From positions 12,342 to 76,341 of the forward strand of contig JAQZBN010000010.1 in assembly GCA_029238935.1 (NCBI GenBank): DNA of 64,000 bases, read 5' to 3'. The notes below the pieces were generated by a model that was not told where the DNA came from, did not search any database, and saw nothing but the letters and a program-made list of their open reading frames with translations. Positions 28,312-38,206 of this stretch are shown piece by piece. The translations under genes and the position numbers were made by a program. The first letter of the stretch is position 1. Every line of letters begins with the position of its first letter. The stretch comes from Herbinix sp. Lineage in GTDB: Bacteria; Bacillota; Clostridia; Lachnospirales; Lachnospiraceae.

Positions 28312-30584
28312 TGTTATTTCGTAAAATGCTTCGTGACATGAGATTGAATAAAACACAGTTTATCTCTATATTTTTAATGGCATTCTTAGGGGTATTTATC
28401 TATGCCGGAGTCGGTGGCGAATGGTTTGGTTTGCAACAGACCGTAAATCAATATTATGAGGATACCAATTTAGCTGACATCTTTCTCTTCGGAAAAGATT
28501 TTTCGGTGGAAAATGTAACAGCCGTCCAACTGGTGGAGGGTGTTACCGGAGTTCAAAGACGACTCACATTGGAGTCCGTTGGGAATTTCGAGAATAATCC
28601 CGACATCATACTCTATTTTATCGAGAAGAATGAGATATCAAAATGCATGATCATGGAGGGAGAAGCTTTCTCCAATGAGAAGGATGGTATTTGGCTGGAC
28701 CATTTATTTGCAGATGCAAAAGGACTATCGGTAGGTGATACGATATCTCTAACTGCTTATGGTATGCAAATTGAGAAGATAATTCTAGGCACGGTGCTTA
28801 ACCCAGAATATGTATATTCACCGGGTGGTAATGACCTTATACCAAATCATGATAATTTTGGTTTTGCCTATCTACCATTAAGTTCCTTTCCATCTTCGAT
28901 GGATCTATTTTATACGGATTTACTAGTAACTACGGATCGAAAACCGGATTCTGCCTTGGAAGATGCCATCGACCAAGTACTTTCCGGAAATTATAGCGTT
29001 TACCTGACTCGAGATAATCTTGAAAGCTATGCTATATTTCACTCTGAAATAAAGCAACATAAGGCAATGGGTGCTATATTCCCTGTTGTTTTCCTTGCAA
29101 TCGCCATGTTAACCATTCTCACTACAATGACCAGAATGGTTACGAATCAACGGACTCAGATTGGAACCTTAATGGCATTGGGATTCCAAAAGAAAAAGAT
29201 ATTGTTTCATTATCTTTCCTATGGTTTCTGGCTTTCCTTAGCAGGTTCTCTGTTTGGTGCGGTCATAGGTCCACTTACTTTACCAAACTTATTCTATTCT
29301 TCTATGCAGACTACTTATACCTTACCGGAATGGAAACCAGCTGTATCACCTTCCTTTTTTCTTATGGCTTTCTTATCTATAGCAGCTTGTACACTGGTGA
29401 CTTATTTATCCTGCAAGAATATTCTGAAAGATACCCCCTCGCAATCTCTACGGCCAAAATCGCCGAAGGCTGCCAAACACAGTGCTTTTGAGAAGACTTC
29501 ACTTTGGATTAAATTAGGCTTTTCCATTCAGTGGAATCTCCGAGATATTTTTCGCAGTAAGATTAGGTCTTTGATGGCTATTATAGGAGTACTGGGATGT
29601 ACCGCACTGCTTGTTTGTGCTTTTGGAATGCAGGACAGTTTAGATGATGTCATGACCTGGCAATATACCGAAATTAATCAGTTTCAAACAAAGGTCTCCC
29701 TTGCTGAAGACGTGACCTCTTCACAAATTGAGCATATAATAAATGATTTCCATGGAGAAGCCTTCCTGGAAGGTGCCATTGAGATGAAAGCCAATGGAAT
29801 TAAAAAGACCGGGGAACTAATCGTCACCGATCATGTAAGTTTAATACATTATACCAGTCCTAATCGAAACTTTCTTACTCTTCCACAAGATAGTATTTCT
29901 ATCAGTTATAAGATGGCAAAATTATTGGGAGTTCATAAAGGAGACAAAATCTCCTGGCATATGTATGGAGATGCAAAATGGGTGGATAGTACCATCGGTG
30001 AAATTTACCGATCTCCGGTATCCCAGGGCATTTCCCTATCTCGTGAACTATTTGAATCCTATGGTTTTATTTTTCATCCCACTTCCATTGTTACTAACCA
30101 GATTGTGAATCTTCTGCCGGAGGGTGCGATTAGTCAATGGTCTACGAAAGATTTATCAGAAAGTTACGAGACGATGACCGAAGCTATGAATGTAATGGTA
30201 TATGTGCTAATCTTAGCTGCTGCTATCTTAGCCATGGTTGTTCTATATAACCTTGGGATACTTTCCTTTACAGAACGTGTAAGAGAAATGGCTACACTAA
30301 AAGTACTTGGATTGCAGTCGAAGAAAATACGTTACCTGCTATTAATCCAAACGATTTGGCTTACCTTTATTGGGATAATTCTTGGTATCCCTTGTGGAAA
30401 ATTTCTAATCGATTTTATGTTGGCTTTTATGGGCGATTCCTTTGACATGATGTGTATTATTAACACCTCCACCATACTATTTAGTACCGCTATCACTTTC
30501 TTACTATCTATAACTGTAAATTTTATGTTCTCTGGGAAAATAAAAAGAATTGATATGGTAAGCTCTTTAAAAGGTGTTGAATAA
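28311..30584 (+). CDS. ABC transporter permease (FtsX-like, duplicated)
   Basis: Two FtsX modules (QRTQIGTLMALG; ERVREMATLKVLG); TAATG translational coupling with the ATPase. Confidence 0.9.
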   Translation: MLFRKMLRDMRLNKTQFISIFLMAFLGVFIYAGVGGEWFGLQQTVNQYYEDTNLADIFLFGKDFSVENVTAVQLVEGVTGVQRRLTLESVGNFENNPDIILYFIEKNEISKCMIMEGEAFSNEKDGIWLDHLFADAKGLSVGDTISLTAYGMQIEKIILGTVLNPEYVYSPGGNDLIPNHDNFGFAYLPLSSFPSSMDLFYTDLLVTTDRKPDSALEDAIDQVLSGNYSVYLTRDNLESYAIFHSEIKQHKAMGAIFPVVFLAIAMLTILTTMTRMVTNQRTQIGTLMALGFQKKKILFHYLSYGFWLSLAGSLFGAVIGPLTLPNLFYSSMQTTYTLPEWKPAVSPSFFLMAFLSIAACTLVTYLSCKNILKDTPSQSLRPKSPKAAKHSAFEKTSLWIKLGFSIQWNLRDIFRSKIRSLMAIIGVLGCTALLVCAFGMQDSLDDVMTWQYTEINQFQTKVSLAEDVTSSQIEHIINDFHGEAFLEGAIEMKANGIKKTGELIVTDHVSLIHYTSPNRNFLTLPQDSISISYKMAKLLGVHKGDKISWHMYGDAKWVDSTIGEIYRSPVSQGISLSRELFESYGFIFHPTSIVTNQIVNLLPEGAISQWSTKDLSESYETMTEAMNVMVYVLILAAAILAMVVLYNLGILSFTERVREMATLKVLGLQSKKIRYLLLIQTIWLTFIGIILGIPCGKFLIDFMLAFMGDSFDMMCIINTSTILFSTAITFLLSITVNFMFSGKIKRIDMVSSLKGVE

Positions 30585-30721
30585 GTATAGCTTATTATAT
30601 GATTTTATTAAGACAGGGTCCCATTGTCTATTCAGAAACTAACTTCCATTTAAGTTTTCTGATTGGAATGGGACTTTATATTATTCCCTTCAATTTTGCA
30701 GCTTCACTTGCATGTACACGG

Positions 30722-31027
30722 TTATTTACCTGTAAACTTGCCGTAAGTATTAATAATATGCGTCTTAACTGATGTAATTGAGATATACAAATGTTCTGCC
30801 ATTTTTTTATTTGTATAACCGATTACCAATTCCTTTGCTACCTCTAGTTCACTCTCACTCAGAAAGTCATCCTTCGTATACCACAAACTCATGATACGCT
30901 TTACAAAGGCTCGATCATCTTCGAAAAGATACATTTGGCCATAATAATCCGAGGACTTCACTTTCTTTTCTTCACAGGGAATCCCTTGTATCACTTTCGT
31001 GTTTTCTAACCAATTTGTTAACAGCAA
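30722..31027 (-). CDS. Short LuxR-type HTH protein, possibly a truncated remnant
   Basis: LSESELEVAKELVIGYTNKKMAEHLYISITSVKTHI matches the LuxR C-terminal HTH; no convincing RBS or sensory domain. Confidence 0.5.
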   Translation of the reverse strand: MLLTNWLENTKVIQGIPCEEKKVKSSDYYGQMYLFEDDRAFVKRIMSLWYTKDDFLSESELEVAKELVIGYTNKKMAEHLYISITSVKTHIINTYGKFTGK

Positions 31028-31142
31028 TCATTGTAGTCATATAAATCAGCTCTTTTTCTAATTATAGCTGAGACAAAAAACAAATCAACCGAACGGTTGA
31101 TTTGTGAGGTTGATTCCATATTCATTTTAGCCTATCTCTAGA

Positions 31143-32246
31143 TTAAACTAGGACCGGCTTGCTTTCATAGGATAGATAAGATATCAATGATATGTTTTGG
31201 CCTTCATAGTCCTTTTTTAATTTACGCATATTATCCTGATACATCCTTCGAAGCATTTCATCCTCCATGGCACTTCGTATTTGATCAATACATTCATTGC
31301 TATCTCCTGTAATAATTCTTCCAATCTTAGCTTCGTTGATAAAATCTGCATTATAAATTTCCTGCTGAAGGAAGGGATTCCATGCCAATATTGGAACCTC
31401 GGCATGAATTGCTTCGAAAACAGTAATACCACCAGGTTTTGTCACAATGGCATCCGATTTTTTCAGATAATCAAAAACATTTTCTACGTAACCAAGTACC
31501 GTAAGATTCTGATATTTATTATGAAGTCTATGGTATAAAACGCGATTGTTTCCTGTAATGATTGTTACCTCCATATTGTGCAACGAATTTAATCCTTCAT
31601 AAAAGCAATCATCCTTCGGTAGAATCCCAAGTCCACCACCCATGACCAATAAACTTTTTCTTCTTTTTGAAAAATTCCGGTATTCCAGATCCCTTATATC
31701 TGTATCAAATTCTAATCGAACGGGAATTCCGGTAACATGAATAATGGAAGAATTTACACCCTTTTCGATAAACTTATTTTTTACCGTTTCTGATCCAACC
31801 AAATACAAATTCGTATGCTTGCTGATCCATTCTGAATGCCCGGTTATATCTGTGACACAAGTGATCAACGGTAACTTAAGCTCGTACTTTTCCTTATAAC
31901 AGGATACTAGCTGAGCACATAAAGGTAATGTTGTAATAATCACATCCGGCTTTTTTACCTGTAAAAACTTCGTAAACTGCCACATAAAGTAATGATACAG
32001 TTCCGGCTTTTTATTAATCTTTTTATTTTCCTGTCTTAAATATCTCTTATTGTACAGTTTGCTTCCCTTATCAACGATCAATGTATATAATTTATAGTAT
32101 CTTTCTGAATATTTCGGAGAAGCATATTTCATCCAGTCAATAATTTCAATCTCTGCTTGCAGTGTATGGTGCAACTGTTGTTCAATAGCCTGAGCTGCCA
32201 TATAATGACCTAATCCAAATCTTCCGGTCAGAATTATTATTTTCAT
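31143..32246 (-). CDS. MGDG synthase/UgtP-like diacylglycerol glycosyltransferase (GT28)
   Basis: FGLGH..AA, CVTD, TGIPV, MGGGLG and TKPGGIT.FEA motifs. Confidence 0.88.
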   Translation of the reverse strand: MKIIILTGRFGLGHYMAAQAIEQQLHHTLQAEIEIIDWMKYASPKYSERYYKLYTLIVDKGSKLYNKRYLRQENKKINKKPELYHYFMWQFTKFLQVKKPDVIITTLPLCAQLVSCYKEKYELKLPLITCVTDITGHSEWISKHTNLYLVGSETVKNKFIEKGVNSSIIHVTGIPVRLEFDTDIRDLEYRNFSKRRKSLLVMGGGLGILPKDDCFYEGLNSLHNMEVTIITGNNRVLYHRLHNKYQNLTVLGYVENVFDYLKKSDAIVTKPGGITVFEAIHAEVPILAWNPFLQQEIYNADFINEAKIGRIITGDSNECIDQIRSAMEDEMLRRMYQDNMRKLKKDYEGQNISLISYLSYESKPVLV

Positions 32247-32419
32247 CTTTGCTCCCTCCTTATCAAATATTTATTCCCATTTGTGAAGGAATCATTCAAA
32301 ACAAGTTATATTAAGAATCGAATGAAAATGTAACATATGATGGACCTGCGAATATATTATCACGAAATAATCGTATTATATCGTTATTAATTAGTATTCT
32401 CTTTGAAAGGATGGTATGA

Positions 32420-33454
32420 ATGCAAAACAAAATTACAAAACCGTCCAGATTACTTGATGTTGATGGTGAATTAATTCAAAAAGGCTATGCAACCTCTGCA
32501 ATATTACGTTATCACAGGAGAGATATCAAAGCCTTTAAGGGGAAGATAAAAGAATGGGATTATTATCTTGTATATACCGATGATTTTGGAGTCTCAATAA
32601 CGATTGGAAAAGGTTCCTCCATTGGTTTATTTAGTGCAACCTTTTTTGATTATAAGAAAAGAACGCAAATTACAAAGAGTGTTATTAGTTTTGTGCCTGA
32701 TCGTAGGTTATGTATGCCCAAATCACCTGATACCGGTGATATCCTCTATCAGAATAAACGTGTTCATGTATCCATTCGTAATGATAAAAAATCACGACGT
32801 ATCCACTTTAAGATGAAACACTTTGATCAAGGAACTGATCTTAAAATTTCCCTTCTTCTTAATGATGAACCTAAGGATTCCATGGTAATTGCAACTCCTT
32901 TCTCTGAAAGCAAAAAATTATTTTATTATAATCAAAAAACCATAGGGATGAAAGCTTCTGGTTCCATCATTTATAAAAACAAAAAATATATACTGCCTCC
33001 GCACTCATCCTTTGGGCTTCTTGACTGGGGACGAGGCGCGTGGCCATATAAAACTATTTGGTATTGGAGTGCAGCTCAAGGAATAAATAAAAATAATGTA
33101 TTTGGTTTTAACTTAGGTTATGGGTTTGGTGATACCTCGAAAGCAACAGAAAATATGTTATTTTTTAATGGTATTGCACAAAACCTGAAGGATGTAGTTT
33201 TTCTGATACCCATCAATGAGAGTAATGAATATGATTATTTACGACCTTGGGTCATTACTTCTTCTGACCATCGGATAGAAATGAATTTCTTTCCGATCAT
33301 GGATCGTAGTGTAGAGTTAAATGCTATTTTATTATCTACTGATCAGCATCAGGTATTCGGTAAATTTTATGGAAAAGCAATCCTAGATGACGGAACTTTA
33401 ATTGAAATCAGAGACATGCTTGGATTTGCAGAAAGAGTACAAAATAAATGGTGA
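32420..33454 (+). CDS. DUF2804-like protein
   Basis: KEWDYY, FYYNQK, LDWGRGAWPY, GFNLGYGFGD...ATEN, QHQVFG and GFAE.V.NKW motifs. Confidence 0.75.
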   Translation: MQNKITKPSRLLDVDGELIQKGYATSAILRYHRRDIKAFKGKIKEWDYYLVYTDDFGVSITIGKGSSIGLFSATFFDYKKRTQITKSVISFVPDRRLCMPKSPDTGDILYQNKRVHVSIRNDKKSRRIHFKMKHFDQGTDLKISLLLNDEPKDSMVIATPFSESKKLFYYNQKTIGMKASGSIIYKNKKYILPPHSSFGLLDWGRGAWPYKTIWYWSAAQGINKNNVFGFNLGYGFGDTSKATENMLFFNGIAQNLKDVVFLIPINESNEYDYLRPWVITSSDHRIEMNFFPIMDRSVELNAILLSTDQHQVFGKFYGKAILDDGTLIEIRDMLGFAERVQNKW

Positions 33455-33580
33455 ACTATCTTATAATTGTGATAACACATTTTAGTATATTTGATAGGCA
33501 TTGATAGAACAGTTGGATCTTATCTTATTATTTTATACGATGTGTATGCCAATTTATCTTAGGTATGGAATTCGTAGAAA

Positions 33581-33644
33581 AAGGTTAATTACCGAGAACT
33601 CTTAGTAGAAACTACAAAGATTCTATCATACGGTAATTAACCTT
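33581..33644. terminator. Bidirectional terminator hairpin
   Basis: AAGGTTAATTACCG...CGGTAATTAACCTT between convergent genes. Confidence 0.7.
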
Positions 33645-33868
33645 CTTTATCTTTTGTCTTTTTTTGTTTTTTCTTTTGTCTTTTGAATTTTGTTCTTTGA
33701 ACTTTATTGTATATTTTTTATCTTTATTTTTACCTAATCATTTTTCTTTGTATAAAATGTACCCTATAAAGTATTCACTAGTTTTCGTACCAAACCCTCT
33801 TTGTGGATCATTAATCTTACGAGTAATCTATTTTATCGACGCAATTCTATACTTATTAGGGAATTTTA

Positions 33869-34741
33869 TTATTTCACAATACCATCGTAGGTTAAGATTG
33901 CTTTATATAAATCGGGTCTGCGGTCACGGAAGATACCCCATTCAATTCTTTGTTCTGAAAGAGCGTCCAGATCAAATTCAGCAACAAGTACCGTTTCCTC
34001 AGTACGATTCGCTTCAACTACCTTTTCTCCTGTGGCATTGGTGATAAAGGAGGAACCATAGAACTTGATTGTAGAATCTTCAATCACCTCGCTACCGATA
34101 CGGTTTGACGCAACCACTGGTACAAGATTACATGCGGAATGCCCAATCATACAACGCTGCCAATGATCCTTGGAATCCACTTGTGGATTTTCAGGTTCTG
34201 AACCTATGGCTGTTGGATAAAATAAAATCTCCGCACCCATTAAGGCCATGCATCTTGCTGCTTCCGGATACCATTGATCCCAGCAAATTCCTACACCTAT
34301 CTTACCGTATTTCGTATTCCATACCTTAAACCCAGTATCTCCCGGATTAAAATAATATTTTTCCTCATATCCTGGACCATCAGGTATATGGCTCTTACGA
34401 TATACCCCAAGAATTTCACCATCGGCATCTATGACGGCCAGTGCATTGTATCTTGCATTATTTTTTTTCTCATAAAAACTGATTGGAAGAACTACCTTCA
34501 ATTCTTTCGCAATTCCCTTAAAATGATTGATTGCTTTATTCTGTTCTACTTCTGTAGCATAATTATAAAAGTCCGGTTTTTCCTTCTGGCAAAAATACAG
34601 TGTCTCAAAGAGCTCCTGTATCAGAATAATCTGTGCCCCTTGGGAAGCAGCTTGTCTCACCAATTTTTCTGCTTTACTAATATTATCTTCTATGCAGTCC
34701 GTACAGCTCATCTGCGTTGCTGCAACCTTTACTTTTCTCAA
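33869..34741 (-). CDS. aguB: N-carbamoylputrescine amidase
   Basis: Nitrilase triad E (QELF), K (YRKSHIPDGPGYEEK) and C (GICWDQW); YPTAIGSEP. Confidence 0.95.
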   Translation of the reverse strand: MRKVKVAATQMSCTDCIEDNISKAEKLVRQAASQGAQIILIQELFETLYFCQKEKPDFYNYATEVEQNKAINHFKGIAKELKVVLPISFYEKKNNARYNALAVIDADGEILGVYRKSHIPDGPGYEEKYYFNPGDTGFKVWNTKYGKIGVGICWDQWYPEAARCMALMGAEILFYPTAIGSEPENPQVDSKDHWQRCMIGHSACNLVPVVASNRIGSEVIEDSTIKFYGSSFITNATGEKVVEANRTEETVLVAEFDLDALSEQRIEWGIFRDRRPDLYKAILTYDGIVK

Positions 34742-34821
34742 TGAGATTTCCTCCTTATATGTTGTTCTATTCTATCCGTTTCTAACGTTTCAAATTCTTC
34801 TTTCCTAACGGAACGTTATAC

Positions 34822-35844
34822 TTATTTTCCAGCGGGCATTTGTTGTGTGATACAATGAACATTACCACCTTCTTTAATCAAAGGCATTCCATCTACACAG
34901 TGAATGGTACGATCTGGAAAAACAGAAGCCAGAATTTCTGCTGCTTTCCTATCTGTTTCTTCTGCATCTTCTCCAAACACCGGTAATATAATACCGTCAT
35001 TTACAAAATAAAAATTTAAATAGCTCAGCGTTAAGCGCTCCTCGTTATAATAACGAACAGGTGGCTGTGGAATTTCAATGATAGTAAGCTTTCTTCCGAA
35101 AGCATCCGTAGCATTCTTAAGAATTTCTAAGTTTTCTTTTGTTATCTCACAGTTAGGATCCTTGGGATCATAACAAGTTTGTATTAATATGGTACCGGGC
35201 TTTGCAAAACAAGCTACATTATCAATATGACCATCCGTTTCATCTCCGAATAAGCCCTGTTTTAACCAAATAATCTTGGAAACATTCAAATACTGTTTTA
35301 CCACTTCTTCTATTTCTTCTCTGGTAAGATGAGGGTTTCTGTTTTTATTCAGTAAACACTGCTCTGTCGTAAGTAAGGTTCCTTCTCCGTCTACATGGAT
35401 GGAGCCCCCCTCTAGTACAATCGGTACATCAATTACAGGAATCTGAAAATGATTCAAAACCTTACTTGCTACTGCATCATCTAAATCATATGGTATATAT
35501 TTTTCACCCCATGCATTAAACTTCCAGTTAATTCCCTTTCTTTCTTTTTTATCATCCCATAGAAAGGTTGGACCATTATCTCTACACCAAGCATCGTTAT
35601 GGGGTATTACAAGAAGTTCAACCTCATCACCACAAATCATTTTAGCCTGTTCATACGTATTATCATTAACTATCATTGTAACCGCTTCATATACAGCAAT
35701 TGCTTTCGCTACATTGCCGTACCCACTACATACTTCCTCATAATTCTCAGACCAAACAAGCGAATCCTTAACAGGCCACTCCATGATTGTTCTCTCATGC
35801 TGTTCCCACTCCGCCGGCATATAGAAATTATTATCTTTTTTCAT
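34822..35844 (-). CDS. aguA: Agmatine deiminase
   Basis: MPAEW, DAWCRDNGP, LEGGSIHVDGEG, TDGHIDN, GGNVHCITQQ. Confidence 0.93.
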   Translation of the reverse strand: MKKDNNFYMPAEWEQHERTIMEWPVKDSLVWSENYEEVCSGYGNVAKAIAVYEAVTMIVNDNTYEQAKMICGDEVELLVIPHNDAWCRDNGPTFLWDDKKERKGINWKFNAWGEKYIPYDLDDAVASKVLNHFQIPVIDVPIVLEGGSIHVDGEGTLLTTEQCLLNKNRNPHLTREEIEEVVKQYLNVSKIIWLKQGLFGDETDGHIDNVACFAKPGTILIQTCYDPKDPNCEITKENLEILKNATDAFGRKLTIIEIPQPPVRYYNEERLTLSYLNFYFVNDGIILPVFGEDAEETDRKAAEILASVFPDRTIHCVDGMPLIKEGGNVHCITQQMPAGK

Positions 35845-36161
35845 GATCCACCTCTAAAATTAATTTTTCATATTTACTCTATCGATACGGATATCCGTTA
35901 GCTTATGATGCCAAATCCATAAATCGCGGTATATCTTTAATTCATCCGGGATGAACACTATTCTCTTGAGTTCGAATATATTTGAATTTTGTTATTACGT
36001 TACATGAAATATATTGCATCGTTACATGCCCACTCAACACTTTTGATTTATACTACAACTATGTGCTAATTCAATACCTTAGCGATTTACGCATTCACAC
36101 TATTATAACGTCTTCTGACTTTTATGACAACACCTAATTGAATACCAATTAAATTCTCATA

Positions 36162-36239
36162 TTGACACTTAAGTATTAGTGATTCATAATTGACTTTATG
36201 GTAATTTCTATTGACATTACTAGTATTATTAAACATAAT
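36162..36239 (+). promoter_or_regulatory. Tandem sigma-A promoters upstream of the radical SAM operon
   Basis: TTGACA-17 bp-CATAAT occurs twice, at 36162-36190 and 36211-36239. Confidence 0.6.
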
Positions 36240-36344
36240 TAGAATGTATGGCTTGGAACAAAAGCTTACTTGTTCATCCGTTATAGATATAATATCCGGG
36301 AGTTTATCCCAATGGAATAAATCAGAAAAAAGAAGGTCATCGTT

Positions 36345-37208
36345 ATGCTATATATTACAACTGCCTTGTACTGTGAAGCAGAACCTTTTATCGATTATTT
36401 TCATCTGAAAAAAGATACTGCTATACATAAATTTCAGGTATTTGAAAATGAGGATATTATCTTAATGATAACGAAGCCGGGTATCGTGCAGGCATCTGTG
36501 GCAGTAACTTATTTGTGCACAATCCGTCCTCCGAAGAACACTGATTTATTATTAAATATAGGTATTTGTGCAACCTTGAGAGAATCTATTCCTTGCGGTT
36601 CTTTATTTTTGTGTAATAAAATCATGGATCAGGCAACGAATCGAAGTTATTATCCTGACTTATTGTATCTTCATCCATTTACTGAACATTCACTAATGAC
36701 TTGTCCAATGGTAGTTCAGAAGGGTTTAACCGATAGTACACGATCCTTTGAGCTGTATGGCAAAGAGGAAGATCTTTTATATGATATGGAAGCCTCCGGT
36801 ATTTATCAGGCTGCTTCCGTATTTTTACAACCACATCAATTGATCTTTCTTAAAGTGGTTTCCGATTATGCTAACGGAGAAATGCTTAGGCCTGAGCAAG
36901 TATATTGTCTCATCCACAAACACATAAATGTTATTACTACATGGCTGTCTCAAATCATGTCTGGATATGAGGACTTTGTATTCCAATTTGCCAAGGAAGA
37001 AGAACAAGAATTACATAAATTATGCGAAGATTTAAAATTATCAGCTTCCATGAAACATATGCTATCTCAGATACTTCATTATTACACACTGGAATGCGGT
37101 AGTTTTTTACCTATGATAGAAGATTTTCGCAAAGCTTTTTCTTTACCCATTCCTACCAAAAAGGAGGGGAAGCTATATTTTGAGCTACTTAAAGAAAGAC
37201 TACTATAA
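36345..37208 (+). CDS. Nucleoside phosphorylase/MTA-nucleosidase-fold protein
   Basis: ITTAL..EA, LLNIGIC, YDMEASG and LKVVSD motifs, plus a C-terminal helical extension. Confidence 0.75.
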   Translation: MLYITTALYCEAEPFIDYFHLKKDTAIHKFQVFENEDIILMITKPGIVQASVAVTYLCTIRPPKNTDLLLNIGICATLRESIPCGSLFLCNKIMDQATNRSYYPDLLYLHPFTEHSLMTCPMVVQKGLTDSTRSFELYGKEEDLLYDMEASGIYQAASVFLQPHQLIFLKVVSDYANGEMLRPEQVYCLIHKHINVITTWLSQIMSGYEDFVFQFAKEEEQELHKLCEDLKLSASMKHMLSQILHYYTLECGSFLPMIEDFRKAFSLPIPTKKEGKLYFELLKERLL

Positions 37209-38205
37209 TGAGCATTTTTCCCATATTTATATAGAAAAAGACATACGAAATCATCCAAATACACAAAACATACTCTCTCATTTTCCACGAGCGAACTTAA
37301 TAGAAATCAATCATTATAAAGAGATATTCTGTCGCAGCCATCAAAATTATTGTTTGCAGAAGCAATCTCCAAAATTAATTCTTGCAAAGAAACAGAACTC
37401 TCTTATGTATGAAGGTGCACCGGTATGCCAAGACTTTGGTAATAAACACTTTTATTATACTTCTCAGGTGATGAATTGTATTTATGACTGTGAATATTGC
37501 TATCTGCAAGGGATGTACCCTTCTGGTAACATCGTTGTGTTTGTTAATCTGGAAGATATTTTTTACGAAATCGAACAATTACTTATGAAGCATCCGGTGT
37601 ACTTATGTATCTCTTATGATACCGATTTGTTAGCTTTAGAGCATATCCTAGGATACGTTAAAAGCTGGTTTTCCTTCGCTTCTAAGCACCCTGACTTAAC
37701 CCTTGAATTAAGGACTAAGAGTGCCAATTGGACAGCCTTATCTTCTTTCGTCCCTTGTGATAATATTATTCTTGCTTGGACCTTATCACCGGAAAATATC
37801 GTGAAACGATTGGAGCACCATACTCCCACCTTACGTCAACGACTTTCCTGCATACAAAAATCCATTGATTTCGGATTTCCGGTAAGACTGTGTTTTGACC
37901 CAATTATTGATACCAAGGACTTTAGAACATCTTATGAGGAGTTCATAAGAATTGTATTTGAAGCCCTTCCCAAGGATAAGATTAAGGATGCCAGTATTGG
38001 GGTCTTCCGGGTATCCCAGGATTATTTAAAACAAATGAGAAAGCAGCGATCGAATTCGTCTGTACTCTTCTATCCCTACGAAAATGATAATGGTGTTTTC
38101 CACTATTCCAAAGAGCGGACAGAAGAAATGCTTTCATTTGTTCTTGGACTATTAAAGGAATATCTGCCGGAAGATAAAATATTTCAGTGGAAGGAAGCAA
38201 CGTAA
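37180..38205 (+). CDS. Spore photoproduct lyase-like radical SAM protein
   Basis: NCIYDCEYCYLQG (CxxxCxxC), LELRTKS, AWTLSP, LEHHTP...RL and FDPII motifs, all shared with SplB; TTG start behind AGGAGG. Confidence 0.85.
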   Translation: MSYLKKDYYNEHFSHIYIEKDIRNHPNTQNILSHFPRANLIEINHYKEIFCRSHQNYCLQKQSPKLILAKKQNSLMYEGAPVCQDFGNKHFYYTSQVMNCIYDCEYCYLQGMYPSGNIVVFVNLEDIFYEIEQLLMKHPVYLCISYDTDLLALEHILGYVKSWFSFASKHPDLTLELRTKSANWTALSSFVPCDNIILAWTLSPENIVKRLEHHTPTLRQRLSCIQKSIDFGFPVRLCFDPIIDTKDFRTSYEEFIRIVFEALPKDKIKDASIGVFRVSQDYLKQMRKQRSNSSVLFYPYENDNGVFHYSKERTEEMLSFVLGLLKEYLPEDKIFQWKEAT

Positions 38206-38206
38206 T

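Noticed and set aside
33645-33760. T-rich low-complexity tract and ORF 33664-34044
   Set aside because: It is an irregular pyrimidine-rich intergenic sequence next to a terminator. The ORF is an F/L-rich artefact overlapping aguB antisense.
35845-36000. Possible guanidine (ykkC-type) riboswitch upstream of aguA
   Set aside because: I could not recognise the conserved ykkC, mini-ykkC (twin ACGR hairpins) or ykkC-III motifs.
36014-36031. Sigma-54-like GGCA...TGCA upstream of aguA on the minus strand
   Set aside because: GG-to-GC spacing is 11 nt rather than the obligatory 10.
37180-38205. Assigning the symbol splB
   Set aside because: There is no splA or sigma-G context, the H-donor Cys is apparently absent, and the operon partners are unrelated to spore photoproduct repair.
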